From Pseudovirgaria hyperparasitica (lineage: Eukaryota): a stretch of DNA of 64,000 bases. The translations under genes were made by a program, and so were the position numbers. This document shows positions 25,838 to 38,611 of this stretch, piece after piece. The notes beneath the pieces are model-generated. The model saw nothing but the letters and a program-made list of their open reading frames with translations, had not been told where the DNA came from and did no database searches. The stretch is from the NCBI GenBank assembly GCA_010093815.1, contig ML996582.1, one strand, 5' to 3'. Positions within the stretch are counted from its first letter, which is position 1; each line of letters starts with the position of its first letter.

Positions 25838-28614
25838 TCAGACTCCCAGCCACTCATCGACCACACTCGTGCTTCTTCTCTTCCTATCTTCATCGACCCC
25901 GAAGCCCAGCTGTGGTAAAGTCTCTATCTTGGGTGGCGGCTCTTTCTTCTTCATCGGACTGCCTCCCTTGACGCTTTTGGTGGGGCTGATCTGCCCAGTT
26001 TCCCCCATTCTCACTGCTTTGGCGTCCCAGCCGTCATCTATAGCCGCCAAAATCCATTCCCGCAAAACATCATGTATGTGCCCATAAAACTTTTCTTTGC
26101 AAGTACGAAGCGCTCCGCCCATAACCTTCTCAAACCCTGACGCTCTCAGCTCGGCCCTGAGCTTGTTTCGTTCGGTCACGGTCGGTATGGAAGCTATAAT
26201 TCCGTTCAAGAGATCCATATGGGTAGCAAGGTACTGGGTGGCATCCCATTCAACACCTCCTATATATGGGGCAGCCGGGACTGGAGGCCGTGGCTGTGGA
26301 AAGTGGACCATAGTATAGTCTTGCTTAGGACCACTTGTCATAAGTGGGTACGAATAAGGACGTGATAATGGCGCCGATGAGGAGCCTTCCGAACGTATCG
26401 AAGGTTCTTCCATGGCGGCGTTAGAGGGCAGTGGAATCACGTTGAGATGATGGAGAAAAATCCAGAAGACTTCCTTGGTCACGTTCACGATCTCGCGGCA
26501 CCAGATCCGATATGGGCGAGGTTGATGCATCTCTAGGATGAAAGCAAGAGGCTTTGCCTCTTCTGGGGGAGCAGGATCTTGAAGATACCCTAATATGGTT
26601 CGTGCACGTCCTGGGAGGTCCGACCCTCGAGCAGCACACAAATGAGTGACTGCTTCATATTAGCATCTATGCAACGCAAGAAAGCGTAGCTTCCGAAACT
26701 CACATAACACTCTGATCACAATCTCCCGGGTTGTGAACTCGCTTGGGCCCTTTCTTTCCTCGTCGAAAAGCATCTTCAGAAGTGTGGGAAAGAGCTTCGA
26801 CTCGTATTCACATAGTTTATGGAGGGCAAGACTCGTTGTGCACAGTCCCTTCAAGCACAAAAGGGTCTCGTGGAGCAATGCATCTTCATGCTCTTCCCTC
26901 CATTCCAGCTCCAAGATACGATCGATCAGGCCTACCACGTCTCCCATACCACCCTGGCTGATGAACGAATCGACCCACGCAACGGTTTCATTGCGCAGTA
27001 AGAGACGTAACTTGTGCAGTTTCCCGACTTCAACTTCTTGAGGTTTTGTAGTCTTGCGTAGATAGTTTACGAAATCTTCTGGGACAGCTGTTTTTGTAGA
27101 TTTCGAAGAGGATGAACTCTTTACTGAAGTGACGGATGATAAAGACCGCGATGAAGGCGATTTAGCTATTGTATGTGGCTTATCGGACTTGGTTGCATTT
27201 GTCTCTTCAGACTTTGGTTTCTTGGTTGGTGAGTCTCCTTTATTAAAGGTGAAAGTCCGGCTTCGGGGGCGCCCCTTTTTGGAGGGTGAAACATCAGACC
27301 CGTTTCTATGTTTTTCATCATCTAATTTCTGACTATTAGTTGATCTTCCTGTGCTGGAAACATCTGAACAATTCGGCAAGGATCCCATCATTTCAGCGGA
27401 TCCAGAAGGTGAGGCCCGCGTAGGTCCTGAGCTTTCTGTCTTGTGCTTCATGATGAAGTCAATCTTTACACGGTCGGCCAATGTTCTCATTCTGGAGCGG
27501 ACGACATCTGGTACATTCCTCGATTCCTAACGGAGTAATTAGTATTAAGTCATATCTCTTGGTCGACGTTTGGCCATACCAGAACTGCCTCAAACTCAAT
27601 AGCAATGGTGTCAGGGTCCATAGAAGGCTCCCCTTGCACGTCTCGCGATTTTACGTTGTATGCAGCAACTGCAGCCTTTACTCGACCGCCCTTTTTCTGA
27701 GATGGTCCAACGAATCCAGAAGATGAGAACTTGCCCATAGGCTCTTGCTTGTAGCGTTCGACTGGTACCCTTGCGTGTGGAATACGTTCTCTCTCGCCGC
27801 TTATCTTGCGTTGCATGCTGTCTAGTAGTGAAGACATTGATGAATCATGTGGTAGGTGCTCAGATTTCGGTCGCGGAGCAGATGTACTTCTGCTTTGTAA
27901 AGTCGGTCGAGCAGAGGCTTGGAAATTTATCTGCTTCGATGGAGAGTAATCCGTAGGCGTATATTTGACGATTTCTTCCTCGGCGACGTGGCGATCGCTG
28001 AGTGCAACGGCAGAGGCATTGGGCGCAGTCTGGTACGACTGCGAGCGAAATTGAGACCATATTGGGGTTTCAGCGATTCCGTTTGCCGAATTTGGAGGTG
28101 TAGTGTTTTCTTTGTCCTTGGGTTCGATAGGAATCGGGTGCACGTCGCCACGGGATTTTCCGATTCCAAACATGTTTGATATGCCTGTTGATGACTTTGT
28201 CTTCTTGGGCTGCTTGGACACATCCTTGATGAAATGGGGAGGTGTATCTTTTGGCTCTTTATCTCTTACAAATGATCGTAATCGCATGGAACCTTGAGCC
28301 TTTTTGCTCGGGCTCCCTTGCGTCGTACTAGCCCTAGCTTGTTGCTTGCTTGTGGAACGCGAGCCAGCTGGGTTCGAGATTTCGCCCAAAACTCTGGCAC
28401 TCGCTGCTTGTTGAATGTTTAATGGAGGAGCCAATATTGGTTGTGATGTTGAGCTTCCATGGGTATGTTCGCTTTTCGCCGATTTGAAAAGGGCAGTACC
28501 GTCTGACGGAGCTCTCTTGTGAGGTGATCGAGAGGACATGATCGATTTCAAGACAGTGGTCGACCTGTTGCGGCGGTGACCACTTTTCTCTGGTGAGCTA
28601 GCAGGCGTAGCCAT
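25838..28614 (-). CDS. Formin-type GTPase-binding domain (Drf_GBD, armadillo-like; Rid1-like) protein
   Basis: LHKLRLLLRNETVAWVDSFI, WREEHEDALLHETLLCLKGLCT, PAAPYIGGVEWDAT, LRTCKEKFYG; introns 27579-27527 and 26703-26650; start MATPASS inferred. Confidence 0.8.
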
Positions 28615-29516
28615 CTTCGCTTGACGGTCAATTGATGGTCGACTAAGCAGCTGCGATGACTTACAGCGACAATCAAATATACAAATGCGCGAGCAGCATA
28701 TATATATTTCGCTCGGAGTGATGTAGGGGATTCGTAGAGAGGGTTGCGGTAGAGTTCTACGGTCAGCATACACTCGAGAATGCGAAGTTGGTAGGCATTA
28801 CTATGTAGCTATTGATGCGTTGCGAGGGGCAACAACAACCAAGGAACCAGATGCATTCGTGGCCGTGCTTACCGCTAGGCCATGTATGGCGTGTGGCGCA
28901 TGAATTGTATTCTTCGCCTTGGACATGTTGACCTGCAAGCATGTATCCATTGTCGAAGTCTAAGTTTCGCTGTCACTCTTCACTTTTTGAAGGTACACGC
29001 GACTATGAATCTCACCACGATGACAAAAGTAGTATGCCTGCTAGTTTGCAATCATCCCACAGAAGAATGTATGACTGTCAGGAAGAGTTTAAAATTCTTA
29101 AACTGTTGACTACCAAGCCAGAAATCATTTTCAACCATAAATATGAAATAGTGAAGCAAACACTCCCGAGGTGACCAACTTCGACGCCCGCAGAGCGTTC
29201 CAGAATGCCTATTTAACATAATGATAAACACGTCGCAGACTATCTATGATCCTACGACGTGATGACATTATTGTAAATGTTATGTGTAGTTCTTTCATCA
29301 GCACTAAAGTAACTCTGTGGATGAGACACTGCTGCGGAACGGGTTTTAGTGGCTGGTGTTCGATAAGCGAGGGTTCTCTGGTTCCGATCGGGTCCATATA
29401 AAGGGTAATTACCGATCGATGATGTAGTGATGCGAACATCGACCGTGGGCTTCATTGAATATGTGTGTCCGAGGCTCCATACTTGTGCTTTTATTCTATG
29501 TACTGTCGAGCTTCTG

Positions 29517-31295
29517 ATGTTCTACACTCATCTATATCATATCCGTCTAACACATTCCCTACTCCGTAGAAAGCTCATTCAGCCCTTTAGGAGCAGACAA
29601 TGCTCGTGTAGGTGCTATCGTGCATCATTACGCACATCCTCGACAACAAACCTGACGGGTTGGAAATCTAAATCAAAGATGTCAAAACATGAACGATCAT
29701 CATCGCAGACCGACGAACTTCGACACCCACATACAAAGCGTGCGAAGGAGATTGACGCACATACGCCCTTAGACGAATTGAAAGAAATTCTTGAAGACGC
29801 GCACAAAGTCTCGGAGGTGAAGACAGTTCTTCATTGGTTTCGCTCCAAAGACTTGCGTATCAACGACAACAGAGCCTTGGACGCCGCTTCCAAGATTGCG
29901 AAGGAGAACAAAGCTCCACTGATTACCGCATATCTTTATTCACCAAAGGATTTGGAATGGCATGGAACCAGCCCTGCACGATCAGATTTCATTATTGAGT
30001 GCCTCCGGCTCATGAGGGAACAACTGAGCGAGAAGCATATTCCTTTAGCCATCATTGAGGCACCAGAGCGCGGAGACAAAACAGAGCAAATTGTGTCTTT
30101 CGTCAAGAACAATGACGTGTCCCACGTATACGCAAATCTGGAATATGAAGTTGACGAGTTGCGACGCGACAAGAAAATCACAGTTCAGCTGAAGGATGCA
30201 GGCATTGCCGTCGAACTCGTGCACGATCAGACTGTACTAGAACCTGGCGTTATACTTAACGGAAGTGGCGGTCCACACAAAGTGTTCACCCCATATCACA
30301 AAGCGTGGCTCTCAAAAATTAGCAGCAGTCCGGATCTTCTGGACCTCTATAGCGATCCAGAACCTAACGAGAAATCTGTACTGAGCAAGTACAGACCGCT
30401 ATTTGACACAGCGCTTCCATCGTTACCAGAGAACAAACAATTTGGTTCCAAAGACGAACGCGATCGAATTCGTAGACTGTGGCCTGCTGGCCATGATGCG
30501 GGTATGGCGCGACTCGAACATTTCGTGACCAACAAATTACAGACATACGCAGAGACCCGCTCCAATCCGGCCAAAGACTCCACGAGTCGCTTATCGCCAT
30601 ACTTCTCATCTGGGGCAATCAGTGTTCGCGAGGCTTTAAATATGGCAAGGAAGCAGAACGGGGGAAGCACGGATTTCAGTGAGTCGAGTGGCAACCGTGG
30701 TCTTGCTGCGTGGGTCCGGGAGATTGTGTTCCGCGAGTTCTACAGACAGGTTGTGGTTATTACACCTCACACTGTGATGAACCTGCCGCAAAACCTCAAG
30801 TTCAATTTTGTGCAGTGGGAGGACGACAAAGAAGGATGGGAGAAATGGTGCGGAGGAAATACAGGCGTTCCCCTGATTGACGCTGGTATGAGGCATCTGA
30901 AGGAAGAAGCCTGGATGCACAACAGGTTGCGGATGAACACCGCTAGCTATCTCAGGAATAACCTGCTCATCGATTATCGACGTGGAGAACGTTACTTTGC
31001 AGAGCATTTAGTGGATTGGGACGTCTGTAACAACACGCAGGGATGGGAGCCAAGTTATACTGTTTTCAATCCTGTTAGCCAAGCAGAGCGCAACGACAAA
31101 GATGGAGAGTACATCCGAAGATGGGTCAAGGAGCTGCGAGATGTCGAAGGAAAAGCGGTGTTCGCTCCACATGAGAGACTAAGCAAGAGTGAGTTTGAAA
31201 AGCTAGGATATCCGCGGCCGCACGTCGATTTCAATGAGACAAAAGAAAGGGCGGTAGCAAGGTATAAGCGTGATCTCCACCGCGCTGATCCATAA
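29517..31295 (+). CDS. DNA photolyase/cryptochrome family protein (class I CPD photolyase-like, divergent)
   Basis: HWFRSKDLRINDN, VFTPYHKAW, TSRLSPYF, TGVPLIDAGMR, WMHNRLRM, FNP, GEYIRRWV; intronless; alternative ATG at 29679. Confidence 0.92.
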   Translation: MFYTHLYHIRLTHSLLRRKLIQPFRSRQCSCRCYRASLRTSSTTNLTGWKSKSKMSKHERSSSQTDELRHPHTKRAKEIDAHTPLDELKEILEDAHKVSEVKTVLHWFRSKDLRINDNRALDAASKIAKENKAPLITAYLYSPKDLEWHGTSPARSDFIIECLRLMREQLSEKHIPLAIIEAPERGDKTEQIVSFVKNNDVSHVYANLEYEVDELRRDKKITVQLKDAGIAVELVHDQTVLEPGVILNGSGGPHKVFTPYHKAWLSKISSSPDLLDLYSDPEPNEKSVLSKYRPLFDTALPSLPENKQFGSKDERDRIRRLWPAGHDAGMARLEHFVTNKLQTYAETRSNPAKDSTSRLSPYFSSGAISVREALNMARKQNGGSTDFSESSGNRGLAAWVREIVFREFYRQVVVITPHTVMNLPQNLKFNFVQWEDDKEGWEKWCGGNTGVPLIDAGMRHLKEEAWMHNRLRMNTASYLRNNLLIDYRRGERYFAEHLVDWDVCNNTQGWEPSYTVFNPVSQAERNDKDGEYIRRWVKELRDVEGKAVFAPHERLSKSEFEKLGYPRPHVDFNETKERAVARYKRDLHRADP

Positions 31296-31514
31296 GTTGA
31301 AATCCATAATTAATAGAGCAATCAAAGGTCTTGCCTGATGTAACAGTCTGTTGAGTTGTAAAGACTTTAGTCACGTGATAGCGCGTCAAGTGATGCACGA
31401 GCCTCCTCTGACTTCTCAGTAAAAAAGTGAAGCCGCCAGCCTGTCCTGACTTAATCGAGCGCCACTCAATCCACGCTTCCATGATACGTAGCACCTGATG
31501 GTGTATTATCTGCT

Positions 31515-34500
31515 ATGAGGAGGCTTCTGGTGAGCACTAATGTCTGCCTTCTCTTACCACTGTATTGATTAAAGTCCATCTTAGAGCACCTGTCCACATA
31601 AGAGGCCGACATCCCACCCGGTATCCTTCCTTAGCCATGTCCATTGGACCGGTACTGCACCTATAAGTACGAAATTACATACGAAACCACAACCGATCTC
31701 ACACGATGTTACCTTCCGGTCGAACCTGCTTTCGAAGCAGGAATCTCAAAAGGTCCATGCGAATCCTTTCAAGGGATTGCAAGGGCCTTCCAAAGGCTCG
31801 AGGAGGCACGCCAAACATCCAAGAGAGCAAAATAAGCCCAGACGATCGAATTTAAGACATGGTCGTCCGAATGATACGACGACCTACACGCGAGATGCTG
31901 TAAAAGCAAGATTCACTGTCCCAACTACTGAAAGATATCCCAATTTGGGTCCCAAGACATTGAAAGAGATATTGTTACCAAAGCCGCTTGACCAGCTCGT
32001 AGCAGAATACTACCATGACAAACTTATAATCGAACTACAAAACAAAGAGACCAATAAACGAAATGCAAAGCGCAAAATCAAACTCACGGCTACGATCAAG
32101 ACTTGGGACGACCAACAACTACATCTCATTGGCGAAGGACCCAACACGCAAGATGCACGCAGCGCTATGAATCTGCATTTGCTCTGCCTCTTGCACGAAA
32201 GAGGGCTCCTAACGCACTTCACTGAGATACCTTTCGTAAGGATGCAAGATACGAACGGTATGCAACCGGCGCTTGTAAACGTATATCAATACGCTGCCCA
32301 GCTGGATACATTGCCAAACATTGTAACGAAGAAGCCGAGTGAGGACACGATGAGACGCGCTACAGCAGCTCACATACAAGAGCTGTGGGAAACGAGAATT
32401 GAATTTGCGAAACAAGGTATAACCGCCATTGGCTTGGGTGAAACTACGTGGGCCGCTGAACAAGGCGCTGCTCTGCATCTTGGAAAGCAAATCCAGGAAT
32501 ACTTCCAGCAGACCGGTCAAAAACCCCCGTCAATGGAAGATCCTTACACCCTGAATCTTTCTACCATTGACCAGTTCGTGACTTTCGCTAATAATGAATT
32601 TCGCTCCCTGCTGACTGCTGATGTTCGGAGAGTGAGTTATCAAGAATTTCCTGATTCATCAAGGAAGCCTCACGACGCATGGGTAGCAGAAGCTTTTCTT
32701 AATAAGTCAAGCAAACTTGGTAACAAAGTATCTTTGCGCACAGAGCATGATGCCCGAAACGCCGCTCTCCTAACTGGAGCGATCGCTTGGTGTCAGGAAA
32801 AGGACGGGCTTCGGAAACTATTTGAGTCTACCTTACGCAACAACAAGGGAGTAATTTTGCGCCAACCCCGTGACATCGTACTTACGCCACGCCATGACCT
32901 ACTATCTACAATGGAGGAGCTATCAGAGAGACTAAGGAGTGCAGGGCTTCTCAAGGAGACACATGTACAATCCTCAAGCACACCAGGACTGGAAAGCGCT
33001 GAGTACAAATGGCATACTTCAGCGCGTCCGATGCTAAGCGACGACGTTCGCAACAATGACCTGAAAGTACGTCTTGAGAACTATCGTAACATCGAAGCGA
33101 CGTCCGAGATGCGTACAAAAAGAGACGCGCTACCGATCAATCAACACCGTTCCAAGATAATGGACATCGTATCCGAATTTTCTCATAGTATTGTCGTTGG
33201 AGCGACGGGATCTGGGAAAACAACTCAAGTGCCTCAAATGATCTTGGACGCTGCAATAGAATCCGGGCAAGGAACTCGGTGTAACATAATATGTACGCAG
33301 CCCCGAAGAATTGCGGCGATATCCGTTGCTAAACGCATTGCTGAGGAGCGCCATGAGAAGTATCAAGATACGATAGGACATCAAGTACGCTTCAATGTGA
33401 AGCCCCCAAGGGAAAACGGAAGTATACTGTTTAGCACAACTGGCCTGCTGCTCAAACAGCTCCAGGTTGACCCCGATTCGGTTTTCGATAAGATATCCCA
33501 TCTTGTCCTTGACGAAGTCCACGAAAGAGATATGATCCTGGATTTCCTCCTTGTTGTACTAAAACAGAGCTTCCAGAAACGACAGGGAGAGGGAAAGCCT
33601 GTCCCCAAACTTATACTCATGAGTGCGACCATGGACACAGAACTATTTGCAGATTATTTCAAGGTGCAAAATTTGGCTGGCGAAATGGTCCCATGTCCGT
33701 CCATCGTTGTCCCTGGTCGCTTGTTTCCCGTGAGAAACCAATATCTGCATGAAATTCACAATCTACTCAAAACCGAATATGGCAGCACTTATAGCTCGGA
33801 CCTTTACCGACTCTTGGATGAACGAACTACCAAAGCGTATCTGGAGAGCGAATACGCATTTGCAAAGAACCAGGCTATGCCTAAGTTGTCGCAAAGGCTC
33901 GATACGGAAGATAAGTCGGTCGATCGTGCAGAGGCATTGATACCTACAGGCCTCGCTGCTGCTACCGTTGCGCATATAGCCAAGAGCACTCATACTGGCG
34001 CCGTACTGGTTTTCCTGCCTGGGCATGCCGAGCAACTTGAAACGGAACGCCTGCTTACCGCAAAGCCAATCTTTGGACTCGATTTCAAGAATACTGCGAA
34101 GTTCAAAGTCTCTATTCTTAATTCCCAAACTCCTTTGGCGGATCAAGCCACGGTTTTCGACCCTGTGCCAGATGGATGTAGGAAAATTATACTGGCAACC
34201 AATATCGCCGAAACCTCTGTCACTATCCCGGATGTCCAGCACGTTATAGACTCAGGAAAGATGCGCGAGATGCATTATGATGTCGAGTCACGAATCAGAG
34301 CCCTCCAGTGTGTGTGGGTTAGTAAGGCAAACGCAAAGCAACGAGCTGGAAGAGCTGGGCGTGTGCAAAACGGAAACTACTATGGCTTATACAGTACTGA
34401 GCGTCTCGACAGTCTGCAGGTGACGAGCACGCCTCAAATTCTTCGCGCGGATCTTCAAGATGTTTGCTTAAGAGTAAAGACCCATGATATCACTGGGACT

Positions 34501-35844
34501 ATAGCTGGGTTTCTGCAAGGAATGATACAACCCCCAAAGTCTGCGGATGTTGAGATAGCCGTCGATCGACTAATACAACTCGGAGCGTTGAACCACGATG
34601 AGAGTATTACGTCGTTGGGAAAGCTTCTGGCTGATCTTCCCGTAGAGCCAGCTTACGGCAAGATGATCATATGGGCCGTCTTATTCCGATGCCTTGATCC
34701 GATTTTGATCCTGGCTGCGTTGTCTAATTCAAGGCCCCTCTTAATGACGCCTACCGGGGCTCGGCGCGAATGGGGAGTCGCTCACCGAAAGTGGTTTGAT
34801 GGTAGAGGTAGTGAGCATATCGCTGAAGTTAGTGCGTTCAAGCATCTGCGGCGTACTATTGCCATTACTGGAGAGCACAGAGGAGGTCGATTCGCGCATG
34901 AGCATTTCCTGAGTAAACTCGCCTACACGCACATTCACAGCGTTGCCGAGCAGATTGAGGACGTTCTTGTAATGCACGGTTTGATTCCGAAGACGCCTCC
35001 ATATGCTCGGTATAGATACTGGTTTGGGGCAAGGCAGTTGAACGAGAACAGCCTCATCGTTCCTATGCTCAAGACAGTGGCGTTAGCCGGATTCACCCCA
35101 AATCTGGCCATGCATACACGCGGCAACTGGTTTCAGAATCGGTTGTCGGACAAGGTGATGGTGCATCCGAAGTCACTATTGAACCCATATTTGCTCAGAG
35201 GCCAGGAGACGGTAAAATTGGGATCGACCATGTTCACCTACTCGTCGATATCCAAAGCGGACCAATCTTCGAACGACCAACTGCATATCAACAAATTGAC
35301 GGAGGTTACGCCACTCAACGTTCTACTCTCCGGGGGCGAGATGCAGCGCAACAAGAGAGCCTTCAACAAGCTGACAATCGGTGAGTGGCTAGGCATATAC
35401 GTGAAGCCCACAACAGAGGAAGGGGACAGAGTTAGTAAAGCATTCTCAACTATCTGCAGGTTTCGAGAGGATGTTGATCGTGTAAGGACAGCAGCTCCGA
35501 TGATAGCAACACTGTACTGACAGGTTTAGGCTTTGACGATGTGCTTCAGAGAGATGAGTCGTATATCCGCGTACAATCTGAGCCCCGATACCCCGGAAAA
35601 CAAAAGAATCTACCTATCTGATTATCCAATCGCCGACATACTCGCGAAAGATATATCCAGAATCTTGGCGAACGAGAATGTTGAGGTCAAAACTAGTTTT
35701 GTGACTGACGATAGGAAAAGAGCAAACACTGGTCCCCAGACCGGATTGATGTTAAATACCTCACAACCTAGGAATGGCACTCAGTTGAACAACACTCGCC
35801 GGGACGAATCTTCGAAGGGCTCGGTGGTGAGAAAAGTGGCATAA
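31515..35844 (+). CDS. DEAH/RHA-box RNA helicase (DHX30/DHX36-like), probably mitochondrial
   Basis: GATGSGKTTQ, TQPRR, DEVH, SAT, ATNIAETS, QRAGRAGR, HA2-like region; 15-nt first exon MRRLL, introns 31530-31584 and 35482-35530. Confidence 0.9.
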
Positions 35845-36220
35845 TGGCCATGGTAAGTGGCACCTGGATCCTATGTATAATAAGAGGCGATCCTTTCAAT
35901 GTCACCGCGATAGATGTAATTGTTGGGTTATAGATGTTGGGTACCCCATAGACATATGCATGTAACACTACCTTAGAGAATACTGTAAATACAACTCATC
36001 TATTCACGATCGTACATAATCCTAAGAGTGTATTGACTTGAAATGCCAAGCCGATTTCGTATGCCAAGCCGGGCCTAACCGACTGCGAGTGGAGTCCGAA
36101 GCTCTCTGCTTCTCGATAGATGATGTTGACTTATTTCATACGGGCACAGCGAGGCCGCCCAAATTTACCGTATAATGCAGCGTTTCGCAGCCTACGATTT
36201 ACGGATTATCACTCATCGTC

Positions 36221-37583
36221 ATGAACTCGATACATTTCGAGTTTATCAGGCCAGCCGGGCGAACCTTCTTCTCGCCTGGTGACATTGTAGCGGGGAATTG
36301 TCGAGTGGAACTTAACCATAGTAAGCTCGCACAGCTGTGCAATAATTGGCACAGGAAGAAAGCTCAATGTGTATGCAGATATTGCACAACAAACCGCAAG
36401 AATCGACGTAGTTCTCAGTGGCCGTTCAGAGATACGACTCTTCCAGAGACAGCTGAACTCTGCAAGCGTACGGCTCTCATACCCCGGTAACAGCGTTACT
36501 CGGCTCCTCGAGGAGCATAAAACGATCTGCACATGGAGTCCAGGCCAGTATGCCACGACTGGACACTACGTGCTTCCGTTCCAATTCATGTTCCCGAGCC
36601 GTCATAAATTTGCGCCAACGAGCAACTGCCTTCCTCCGTCAACAACACATTGCGGTCAAACAAGCCAGTGGTCGGGTGTTACAAGAGTAGTATATGAGGT
36701 CGAGGCACAGGTATTTTCATGGCAAGGCTACTGCTTGCGTAGGGAGGCTTCTGAGATTACGGTTTCGCCGTTCAGCTGGTATCCCTTACCTGAGGCAGGG
36801 TTGTATAATGTGACTAGACACGCAGAGATTGAGAGCCACCACCTGGACAAGCCCTATATGGAAAGCGATTCGTTGAAGAAGGCTATGAAACGGTTGACTT
36901 TCACCAAGACGCCCATCGTTCATATGGATATAACGATCCAAATGCCCTCCCACGCGACTCTGGGCAGTTCGCTTCCGCTTCTGATAGGAGTTGAGTATGA
37001 CTTCCAAAGATCGACGACTTCAGAGCTGCCGCCAGTGTGGCTCACTGACCTTGCTATTCGGATACGCGAGAACATGGAAATCAGCCAAGACTTGACCAAT
37101 CGGCAAGACCCGAACTCTGTTGTCACACGGGAAACAGACCCGTATGTTAAATTCCACACGAACCTTAAAGATTTTCCGGTCCGCATTACCGAGCAAGTTG
37201 ACTTGAGAAGGGTCTTACCGCCAGATACCTTGATTCTCAAGTCGAGCTCGTTCACCAGTACCATGCTCCGCAGATTTTATGATGATATATCAGTGACTGC
37301 CACCATAATGTGTGCGCAGAAGTCCCTTCAGCTCGAATTTACCGGTAAAGGGGAACTTTACATTCATCCCTCTAGTCAGCCATCGATGGTTCAAGAGCTT
37401 GCTGTACCTGCTACTGACATTCTGCTTGTGTCGGAGCTTATGGGGTCTGGTATTCTGACCCCTAGGATTGAACTTCCTGGTGGCGGCAGGGTCAACGCCA
37501 AGGAAGCTCCACCAGCTGAATTGCCTTTTAACTTACCTCCTGGTGGTCTCGTGCCATCGAGGTCGCTCGCAGAATTGCCCTAA
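36221..37583 (+). CDS. Arrestin-like (arrestin N-domain) protein
   Basis: FSPGDIVAG, V.LSGRSE, GHYVLPFQFMFP..LPPS..VVYEVEA; intron 36321-36378 restores frame. Confidence 0.72.
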
Positions 37584-38611
37584 GCGCTAAGTTTGAGAAG
37601 CCTTAGCAGGGCTCATACCATTCTTTGAAGCTTATTGGGTTGTGGATCATCAGATGGAGACAGTGTATCCAGCTTACCAGAAGCTAACATGCTTAGAGTC
37701 AACGATATAGGAATGCCGTGTTCGGCTAATTACCCGAATCCTGTACAACAGCTCACACTATCCTCGAAACTTGCTCTGCAGACCGCATTCTTCGATGATT
37801 AGAATAATGCGTCTTGGGCGGCATCAGCTTGCGAACATAAAGAGGAAGCCTGCAATCTTGTGTCTGTGCGACCATGGCACAAAAGCGACGTCTGCATACC
37901 GCAGACAAATGCGGCGCAGGTCAATGAGCTTCTCCAAAGGACCGAGAAATGTACAAAGCATGGAAGGACGACTTGTATCGAATATATAACTCCTCGCTCA
38001 ACCCTAAAACAACCTATGGGGTAATTATGTTAGGGGCATCGAGCCACGAACAGTAAGGATGGATGCCTACGAACCGCCTGGATTAAAAGGCCATCTAATG
38101 CAATATTTCCATGGAATCGAATGCTGTTGTTGCTGTGAAGACTCTGCGTGCAAGCATCCGAGTGTGTTTCATGGTTTTGCTGGTGCCCTCGATCTCAAGA
38201 GTTCGAGACGAGCTCCGCGACAGTGGGACCAACCTCCCGCGAATCGGGTGGGTCACCGAGAAACGCTGCCGCTCCTCGGACGAGGGAATTGAACGCAACA
38301 GGAATTTCTCTCTTCTATCACCTCTGCATACTTTTTTTGACTTCAGACCATCCATTCGAGCATCTTCTCGTGTGTTCAACTGCCTCTCACGTGTCGGGCT
38401 GGTGTCCTCCCTGTCACTTGGCTTTACTACTTGCAACGCGACAGATACGCATAAATTCTCGTCATTCTACATACCTAGCACACGCACTGACGCATTTGCG
38501 GTCATATTCGTGTCAGAAAGCCTCAATCGTACCTCGAGTGCCACGAAAGAGTGTCATACGTTCTGACCATAACAGCAAAGCTTCTTACAAAAGCGCAGGC
38601 CTGTAGCCATC

